From positions 1,642,787 through 1,706,786 of the forward strand of contig DAIODP010000001.1 in the NCBI GenBank assembly GCA_036746695.1: a stretch of 64,000 bases of DNA, written 5' to 3'. This stretch comes from Ilumatobacteraceae bacterium. GTDB taxonomy: Bacteria; Actinomycetota; Acidimicrobiia; Acidimicrobiales; Ilumatobacteraceae. The notes under the pieces were generated by a model that saw only the letters and a program-made list of their open reading frames with translations, was not told the origin of the DNA and did not search any database. Both the position numbers and the translations under genes were made by a program. Of the stretch, positions 47,071-54,400 are shown in pieces (the stretch's first letter is position 1; every line of letters begins with the position of its first letter).

Positions 47071-48539
47071 GTCAGCAACGCGGCACGATTACCAAACGCA
47101 ATAACGCTTGGTGCTATCGATTTAGTTACTTAGACAGCAACGGCAACCGGCGTTGGAAATCCGCGCAAGGTTTCAAAACCAAAGCCGATGCGCAACGGTT
47201 TATGATTTCGCACATTGCCGAAATTGACAGCGGCAAAGGCATCAACCCCGCCAAAATTTCGCTTGCTGATTACTTGACGGCGTGGCTAGATGAATATCGG
47301 CGGGCAAATAGTGGCCGCAAAGCAACCACCATCGCCGAAACGCGCACCAACATCAATGCCTACATTCTGCCGATGCTGTGCAACCAATCTGATCGGCCGC
47401 TGATGCTTGCAAAATTGAAACCCGAAACGGTTGCCCGATTCGCCGCCGATTTACTTGACCACGGCCGCCGAGGCGTAAACGGCAATGCAGGCGGGGCGCT
47501 ATCGCCTAAGAGTGTGCGCAACATCGTTGCCACTTTGCGTAATGCGTTGGAAACGGCGCGTAGGCGTGGGCACATACCAAGCAACCCCGCCGATCACATC
47601 GAATTACCAAAATGGGTGCGGCGAGATTTGCAGGTTTGGGAGTCGGCACAATTCGCACATTTCTTGACCGTTGCCGCGGCCGCTGATGACTATTGCTATG
47701 CGCTTTGGCGCTTGGTCATCGCTACCGGTATGCGCCGCGGTGAGTTGCTTGGCTTGCGTTGGGCTGATGTCGAATTGGTTGATTTGGAACGGGGCGCAAC
47801 GGTGACCATTCGGCAGGCGCGGGTATCTGACGGGTACACCGTCACCACCACCACACCGAAAACCAAAGCGGGTAGGCGCACCATCGCGATTGATTCCGGC
47901 ACGGTGATCGCGTTGGCATTTCTAAAGAATCAGCAAGCCGCCGCCGCCGAAGCTTTGGGTTTGCCAAATTTCGAATTTGTGGCCACCGACCTAGACGGCC
48001 GACTAATCAAGCCCGCCACATTGCTTGACCGATTCCACGCCGCCACACAGCGCGCCGACCTACCGAAATGCCGCTTGCACGATTTACGCCACAGCGCCGC
48101 CGCCTACCAATTGGAAATCGGCACACCGGTGCACATCGTTGCAGGGCGCTTGGGGCACGCATCGCCCGCAACCACTTTGAACATATATGCCGCATTTCTG
48201 CCAACGGCCGACCGAGGCGCAAGCAATGAAATCGGGGCGACCCTTGACCGGCTAATGGCAAATGACCAAACGCGCACATTGCAGGCCATTGGCGAAAACC
48301 AAAACGGCGGCACGGCCAATGCCGCTAAGGATTTGATTCAAAGCAAAGCGCGCACCAAACGCGCACCGAATTTAGAAAAGCACAGCGATTTAGGCACTAC
48401 TAGCGCACACCACGCAAACATAGAACCCAATCAAAATAACGGAAACACTTCTAGCGGTAACGCCGAAATAGTGCCCCCCCTCGGATTCGAACCGAGGACC
48501 TGCGGATTAAGAGTCCGTTGCTCTAACCAACTGAGCTAG
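47067..48539 (+). CDS. Tyrosine recombinase / phage-type integrase
   Basis: N-terminal SAM-like domain, then the catalytic region ATGMRRGELLGLRW...HDLRHSAAA...GRLGHASPATTLNIYAAF. The ORF continues ~115 aa past the catalytic Tyr, across attR and antisense into the tRNA. Confidence 0.88.
   Translation: MSQQRGTITKRNNAWCYRFSYLDSNGNRRWKSAQGFKTKADAQRFMISHIAEIDSGKGINPAKISLADYLTAWLDEYRRANSGRKATTIAETRTNINAYILPMLCNQSDRPLMLAKLKPETVARFAADLLDHGRRGVNGNAGGALSPKSVRNIVATLRNALETARRRGHIPSNPADHIELPKWVRRDLQVWESAQFAHFLTVAAAADDYCYALWRLVIATGMRRGELLGLRWADVELVDLERGATVTIRQARVSDGYTVTTTTPKTKAGRRTIAIDSGTVIALAFLKNQQAAAAEALGLPNFEFVATDLDGRLIKPATLLDRFHAATQRADLPKCRLHDLRHSAAAYQLEIGTPVHIVAGRLGHASPATTLNIYAAFLPTADRGASNEIGATLDRLMANDQTRTLQAIGENQNGGTANAAKDLIQSKARTKRAPNLEKHSDLGTTSAHHANIEPNQNNGNTSSGNAEIVPPLGFEPRTCGLRVRCSNQLS
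48469..48493. repeat. attR: 25-bp direct repeat inside tRNA-Lys
   Basis: Identical to 44764-44788. Confidence 0.85.
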
Positions 48540-48545
48540 AGGGGC
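48472..48545 (-). tRNA. tRNA-Lys (anticodon CTT)
   Basis: The reverse complement GCCCCTCTAGCTCAGTTGGTTAGAGCAACGGACTCTTAATCCGCAGGTCCTCGGTTCGAATCCGAGGGGGGGCA folds as a cloverleaf. Anticodon loop is CTCTTAA. CCA is not encoded. Confidence 0.85.
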
Positions 48546-48628
48546 AACTACTAACCCCGAGAGCATATAACACCGTATGACCCAGCGAAAATTGACGAAA
48601 AGGGGCGCCCGTGAGCATCGCGAGAAAT

Positions 48629-48660
48629 GAAAATGGTGGCACCTAGGTGCCACCATTTTC
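48629..48660. terminator. Bidirectional terminator-like hairpin, repeat copy 1
   Basis: gaaaatggtggcac-ctag-gtgccaccattttc, a 14-bp perfect stem with an A-tract before and a T-tract after. Confidence 0.6.
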
Positions 48661-48739
48661 ATATTGCAGGGTTTGTCTGGAATTTCCAGAGTGCATTTCG
48701 CCAAATCAAAGGCTACCGCAAGTGTGTCCGTGGAAATAA

Positions 48740-48767
48740 AAATGGCGACACCGAAGTGTCGCCATTT
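48740..48767. terminator. Bidirectional terminator-like hairpin, repeat copy 2
   Basis: aaatggcgacac-cgaa-gtgtcgccattt, a 12-bp stem. Confidence 0.6.
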
Positions 48768-48856
48768 CTAACCACGAGGTTTCTGGAATTATCCAGCGTG
48801 TTTCGTCACTCGTAAGAGTACCGAATACCTGTACTTCCGGGAACCCTAAAGATTTA

Positions 48857-48908
48857 CGGGGCGGACGATCGACCTCAAACCCCGGCATCTAGGACCGCAA
48901 CTTGGCGC
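48857..48908 (-). pseudogene. Partial, diverged copy of the tRNA-His 3' portion
   Basis: cggggcggacgatcgacctcaaaccccggcatctaggaccgcaacttggcgc aligns with 49265-49316 of the intact tRNA-His. The anticodon position is changed (GTG to GCG), the T-arm is broken, and the 5' half is missing. Confidence 0.65.
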
Positions 48909-48932
48909 AGGCAGGCACGGCAAGAAATGAAC

Positions 48933-48960
48933 AAGACCGACAGGTTGCCCTGCCGGTCTT
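48933..48960. terminator. Hairpin (12-bp stem, one mismatch)
   Basis: aagaccgacagg-ttgc-cctgccggtctt. Confidence 0.4.
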
Positions 48961-49032
48961 GACTACTTGATGTTTTCCTGATTCGTCATTTCCAGGTAAG
49001 AAGCTTCGCGACTACTTCATCGTTCGTTTTGT

Positions 49033-49107
49033 TGGAGCCATGAACTGGAATCGAACCGGCACCACGTGGCTGACGAGGCACGCATGCTGCCGTTACACCA
49101 TCAAGGC
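49033..49107 (-). pseudogene. Degenerate tRNA-like sequence (anticodon loop would read CGT, Thr)
   Basis: The reverse complement has a canonical GGTTCGATTCC T-loop and an encoded CCA. However, it has a T:T mismatch in the acceptor stem, a C:A mismatch in the T-stem, a one-base bulge in the anticodon stem, and a pyrimidine at position 37. Confidence 0.4.
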
Positions 49108-49147
49108 ACCAGTGAAATGTGTACTGGAAAGTGCGAGTGTGGAAATA

Positions 49148-49177
49148 AAAATGACGGCACATAAGTGCCGTCATTTT
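49148..49177. terminator. Bidirectional terminator-like hairpin, repeat copy 3 (downstream of tRNA-His)
   Basis: aaaatgacggcac-ataa-gtgccgtcatttt, a 13-bp stem. On the minus strand it is followed by TTTTTATTT. Confidence 0.65.
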
Positions 49178-49264
49178 CAACCACGCGGTTTTATTCTGTA
49201 CTTTTGTGCCTCGTCACTGATAAGAGTACCGAAAACCTATATTTCGGCAAACCCTTGAGATTTA

Positions 49265-49342
49265 TGGGGTGGACGAGGGGTCTCGAACCCCCGGCCTCCA
49301 GGACCACAACCTGGCGCTCTAACCAACTGAGCTACGCCCACC
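49265..49342 (-). tRNA. tRNA-His (anticodon GTG)
   Basis: The reverse complement GGTGGGCGTAGCTCAGTTGGTTAGAGCGCCAGGTTGTGGTCCTGGAGGCCGGGGGTTCGAGACCCCTCGTCCACCCCA has the extra G-1 typical of tRNA-His, anticodon loop TTGTGGT, and an encoded CCA. Confidence 0.88.
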
Positions 49343-49395
49343 ACGACGGAATCAGTGTAGGCTGACAATGACGAAATTTACTGGAGTTGATAACC

Positions 49396-50769
49396 ATGTC
49401 AGCGATGGATTCCACGCTGCGAGGCTCGTTAGCCGATAGGGCTAAAGAGATAACACAACGAGAATTGGCCAAGTATGCCGAGCGAACGGCTGGATCACAG
49501 CGAGCCAACGCCCGAGCTCGAAAAGTGCTGCCGCTCGGTGTTCCTTCCAGTTTCCAGGCGTACGACCCGTACCCGGTAGTTATTGCTTCGGCCGACGGCT
49601 CGAAGATGTTCGACGTAGACGGCAACGAATACACCGACTTCGACATGGGCTTTGGAGCTCTCTTCGTCGGTCACCGACACCCAGCAGTGTTGGCTGCAGT
49701 GCAGCAGCAGCTTGGTGAAGGAACGTTGTTTGTTAACCCATGCGAGGCCAATGCCGATGTAGCCGAAATGTTGGCTGCTCGTTACGGCTTGCCCATGTGG
49801 CGTTTCACCAACTCGGGCACCGAATCCACCATGGACGCCATTCGCGTTGCACGCGCCGCAACAGGCCGCGACAAGATCGTCAAAGTAGAAGGCGGTTATC
49901 ACGGCCATCACGACGAAGTAATGGTGAGCATGAAGCCACCACTGCATTTGGCAGGCCCTGCCGACGCACCTCATTCTGTTCCATCGTCTGCTGGCATTTC
50001 TTCCACTGTTGTTAACGACACCATCGTCATTCCGTACAACAGCCCAGAGGCTCTGGAGCGCGTGTTAAAGAGCCGTGAAGTTGCATGCTTCATTGTCGAG
50101 CCGGTCATGGAAAACATCGGCATCTGCTTGCCCGACGAGGGCTACTTGCAACAAGTGCGCGAGATCACTCAGCGCTACGGCACGTTGCTTATTTTTGACG
50201 AAGTGAAAACTGGCATCACAGCCAGCTGGGGCGGCGCAACTGGGGCAGTGGGTGTCACGCCCGATTTAGTTGCACTAGCAAAATCAATTGGTGGAGGTTT
50301 GCCACTTGGCGCATTTGGTGGCAAGCAAGAACTGATGGACTTGATTACCGAAGGCAAAGTGGTGCACCTGGGCACGTACAACGGCAACCCGTTGTGCATG
50401 GCCGCTGCAAAAGCGGTGTTGTCCGAAGTGTGCACACCAGCCACAACTGATTTGACGATTGCACGAAACACATTGTTGGTCAATGCGGTGTCCGAGATCA
50501 TCAGCGATGCATCGTTGCCTGCTCATGTTGTGAAGTTTGGTGCCAAGGGTTGTGTCACGTGGGCCGAAAAACAGATTCGCAACTATCGCGACTACAAAGC
50601 AACCGATTTTGATCTTGCGTTTGCGCAATGGATTCACGGAATTAATCGTGGTGTGTTGTTGCCGCCAGGACTAGATGAGCAGTGGCTCATTTCGGTCATG
50701 CACACTGATGCCGACGCACTGCATTACGCAGATGTGTTCGATGCATTCGTGCAAGAATTAACTGCGTGA
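49396..50769 (+). CDS. Class-III PLP aminotransferase (glutamate-1-semialdehyde aminomutase-like)
   Basis: ATG 49396 lies 9 nt after GGAG. Contains NSGTESTMDAIRVARAATGR, LIFDEVKTG, and LAKSIGGGLPLGAFGG (PLP lysine). Confidence 0.85.
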   Translation: MSAMDSTLRGSLADRAKEITQRELAKYAERTAGSQRANARARKVLPLGVPSSFQAYDPYPVVIASADGSKMFDVDGNEYTDFDMGFGALFVGHRHPAVLAAVQQQLGEGTLFVNPCEANADVAEMLAARYGLPMWRFTNSGTESTMDAIRVARAATGRDKIVKVEGGYHGHHDEVMVSMKPPLHLAGPADAPHSVPSSAGISSTVVNDTIVIPYNSPEALERVLKSREVACFIVEPVMENIGICLPDEGYLQQVREITQRYGTLLIFDEVKTGITASWGGATGAVGVTPDLVALAKSIGGGLPLGAFGGKQELMDLITEGKVVHLGTYNGNPLCMAAAKAVLSEVCTPATTDLTIARNTLLVNAVSEIISDASLPAHVVKFGAKGCVTWAEKQIRNYRDYKATDFDLAFAQWIHGINRGVLLPPGLDEQWLISVMHTDADALHYADVFDAFVQELTA

Positions 50770-51182
50770 ACAACGCTTCGCGCTCTGCCGGCCTGCCAAA
50801 AATGTTGTTGAGGGGAGTATTCCGTCGCTGCGCGCATTGCGGTGGCAAAGGCGCATTCTTCACTGGGTGGATTGCACGACAAGATCGTTGCAAAACATGC
50901 GGCTTCAAATGGGAGCGCAACTTAGAAGGTTTCCAACTTGGCGCAGCCGCAATGAACATCATGCTCACCGGTGGATCGTTGTTGTTCGTGATGGGAGTCG
51001 GTGTTATTGCTACGTATCCAAACATTCCAACATGGCCGCTTGTTGCTGTCGTGTGTTCTGTTGCGCTCATCGTTGGCATCGGTGGTTTCCCCACCAGTTA
51101 CACCGTGTGGCTGGCGGTGGATTTGCGCATGAATCCACTCACTGACGAAGAACTGGCCGACGCTGCCGCACACGCTAAATAG
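50766..51182 (+). CDS. DUF983 family membrane protein
   Basis: RCAHCGGKGAFFTGWIARQDRCKTCGFKWER followed by two TM segments. The GTG start overlaps the upstream stop. Confidence 0.75.
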   Translation: MNNASRSAGLPKMLLRGVFRRCAHCGGKGAFFTGWIARQDRCKTCGFKWERNLEGFQLGAAAMNIMLTGGSLLFVMGVGVIATYPNIPTWPLVAVVCSVALIVGIGGFPTSYTVWLAVDLRMNPLTDEELADAAAHAK

Positions 51183-51220
51183 CGCTCAGCAATTGGGTTT
51201 TATACAACCCTCAAGTATCG

Positions 51221-51283
51221 AGTGAGAGATAAAAAGATTCAGTTGAGAGATAAAAATATTCAATTGAGAGTTTGAAAAATGTC
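51221..51283 (+). repeat. Three tandem ~21-bp direct repeats in an AT-rich leader
   Basis: agtgagagataaaaagattc / agttgagagataaaaatattc / aattgagagtttgaaaaatgtc, located 120-180 nt upstream of the giant ORF start. Confidence 0.7.
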
Positions 51284-51400
51284 TTTCCGACCCTCGACCA
51301 ACAGTTGAGTTTCGAAGCTGCAAAATCTTTTTGGAATTTCGTCTGGTTATAACACTTTTAGATTTGCGTTAATTTTTTTTAGATTCTTAAGTTTCATTCC

Positions 51401-54400
51401 ATGCGCGGAGTGCTTGGAATCAATCGTTTTTGGTGCGCGCGCGCACTCAGGCGTCTCGGTTCCCTTATCGCGTCATTTGCTGCGATTGTTGCATTGTTTC
51501 CTGTCGCTCAGGCAAGCGCCGCGGAGCAGTCTGAGCCCGTGCGCGTATGCACCGAAACGCCAATCGTCGAGGAGCCTCCGACCGAGTCAACAACGTCGAC
51601 TTCCTCAACGTCAAGTGTTCCGACGTCGAGTACTTCCAGCACTTCAACTTCTTCGACCTCGAGTGTTCCAACGTCGAGTACTTCCAGCACTTCAACTTCT
51701 TCGACCTCGAGTACTACCACCACGGAGGTAGTTGAGACTCTGTCGGTAACGAGGCTTGCGACCGAAGATTCAAGCACATCGAGCACATCGAGCACATCGA
51801 GCACATCGTCTACTTCGACCACGTCGACGACTACTCCAACGACCTCCACTTCGAGCACTTCGTCTACGTCGTCTACGTCGTCTACGTCGTCCACTTCGTC
51901 TACGTCGTCCACTTCGTCTACGTCGTCCACTTCGTCTACGTCGTCCACTTCGACAACTACTCCAATTTCTTCCACGACGAGCACAACGGTGCCAACCGAG
52001 GAATCCGATGTTGTCACCACCAGTTGTCCAGCAACTCCGCGCAACGTGGTTGCTACTGGTGGTGACAATTCAATCGTTCTGACTTGGGACGAACCCGAAG
52101 AAGGGACCCCACAGCCCACTGCCTATTTGGCGCTGGTTTCTCCGGGCGAAGTCGAGTTTCGTATTGATGCCCCCAAGACCACAGCTGTCTTGGGCGGTCT
52201 GCTGAATGGAAAGGTGTACGAGGTTCGATTCTTTGCCGAGAACGAATCAGGGCTGAGTGAGTTGGCAGGCCCATTCGAGGTTGCACCGACCAACGGTCTT
52301 GACGGGGTAGTCGGGCGTTTGGTTGTGCAGTACGAAGACGGTGTTGCCTCAACCGAGGCGCCGGGTGTGGCAACCGGATCCAGTTCGGTAAGTGGCATAG
52401 AACTGGTGCCCGAGGTGGACTTGGGCGATGGCCTGCGCACTGTAGAACTCAGCGAGCCAGTATCCGTTGCAACCGCTGCTCAAATTGTGGCCGAGCTTGA
52501 AGCTGACGAACGGGTGAAATGGGCAGAAGTCGACCAGGTGGTCACCACTGCCAGCGCCGAGCCAACAGCCGAGAATCTTGACCCCGATTACCTCGACCGA
52601 CAGTGGAACATGTGGTCTGAATTCGGCGTTGGCGGATCAAAACTATTTCCCTCAACCTTTGGTCGAGGCCCAAAGGACTTGGGCAAGGGCGTAACGGTTG
52701 CAGTAATTGACACTGGCATTACTCGCCATTCGGATTTTGGATCCCGTGTGTTGCCTGGATACGACTTCGTGTCAAGCAGGGCCGAGTTGGCGGCAGCACG
52801 GCAAGCAGATGGTGATGAGGTCGCATTCGATGGTGACTATGTCGACGAAGATGAGTACGGCCCCGTGGGTTGGGACAACAACGCACTTGACCCCGGTGAT
52901 TGGCGCGAAGTAGCGCCAGTGCGCAACAGCAGTTGGCACGGAACCCACGTTGCAGGAATCATTGGCGCGGAAGTAAATAACGCAAACGGAATTGCAGGCT
53001 TGGTTCCACTCGTCGACATTCTTCCCGTGCGCGCACTGAGTTGGCGCGGTGGTTTGTCTTCAGATATTGCTGCCTCAATTATTTGGGCGTCGGGTGGAAG
53101 CGTCGAGGGTGTTGAAGACAACCCAAATCCAGCTCAAGTAATCAACCTGTCGTTTACGACTAAGGCCGCTTGCAGTGAAACATTTCAAAAGGCGATTGAT
53201 GCAGCAGTTGCCAATGGCAGTGTTGTTGCCGTTGCTGCAGGTAACGCCAACAGTGATGTGCGCGACTATGCGCCTGCCAATTGCAATAACGTTGTTGCGG
53301 TTGGTGCAACCGATGCAACCGGCAAGCGCGCCGCGTATTCAAACTTCGGTGAAGGTATCGACATCTCTGCTCCTGGCGGCGACGTCAACGCAAGTGGAGA
53401 CCTTGGTGTGTATTCACTTTCCAATTCGGGAGAGCGCGAACCAGGCGATGATTCGTATGCCTATCGACAAGGAACATCGATGTCGGCGGCACACGTTACG
53501 GCTGCACTTGCCCGCTTGTCGGCTTTGCATCCGAACGCGAAGCCGCTTGAACTCATTTCGATGCTCACGAACAAAGCATCAGTTCGGCCGTTTGCTGATG
53601 ATTCGTGTGACGCCGAACAAGAAAAACTGTGCGGAAGCGGCATCGTTGAAATCGCCAGCAACCCACTCAGCCCGGGTTCGCTCACTGCCGCTGCTGGAGT
53701 GCGCTCGGTTTCGTTGAAGTGGCCTTTGCCTGTCGACGCATCGATCACCGGAGTGTCGATCAAGTGGGGCACCGATGCAAGTGCGCTTACAAACCAGTTC
53801 ACCGTTGCTGGCAGAACAGTAAATAGCTTTGTGCATTCGGGTTCGCCGGTGCGGGTGACCAATAAGGCACTTGCATCGAATATCGCAACGCTCACCACCG
53901 GCACTGCGCACGGTTTGGTGGTTGGCGATTCGGTCGCTGTTTCGGGGGTGGACGCAACATTCAACGGAACACATGTAATCCGTACAGTCACCTCAACAAC
54001 GTTTACGTACTCACGAACTGCAGCAAACGTAACTTCGGTTGCGCTGACCACTGCAGGAAATGCGCAACGAGCAGAGTCGCTCACGATCGGTCAAACGTAT
54101 TACTACCAAATTGCGTATATCTACACCAATAACGCGCAGTCGTGCACCACTGCCTGTATTAGCGACTATGCATCGGTTGTTTCGGCACAAACGCAATTCT
54201 TGGCAAGCACGAATTTTGCAAACACAGGCGCAATTCAGACCTACACAGTTCCAACAGGAGTCACATCAATTCTTGTGGATGCTGTTGGTGCTGCAGGTGG
54301 TTCCACTGCAACAATCACCGGCGGATTGGGTGGTCGCGTACAGGCATCCATTCCCACCACGCAGGGTGAAGTGTTGTTTGTTTTCGTCGGTGGTACTTCC

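Larger units (their letters stand above)
44764..48493. mobile_element. 3.7-kb integrative element inserted in tRNA-Lys(CTT)
   Basis: Bounded by perfect 25-bp direct repeats. A tyrosine integrase abuts the tRNA-proximal end, and an excisionase-type HTH gene plus two element-specific ORFs lie inside. Confidence 0.85.

Noticed and set aside
48507-49365. Short ORFs (60-72 aa) such as MKMVAPRCHHFH... and MKMTALMCRHFYFH..., and a possible CRISPR-like array of the repeated hairpins
   Set aside because: The peptides are palindromic hairpins and tRNA genes read as protein. The repeats are diverged, irregularly spaced, only three in number and have no cas genes nearby, so this is not a CRISPR array.
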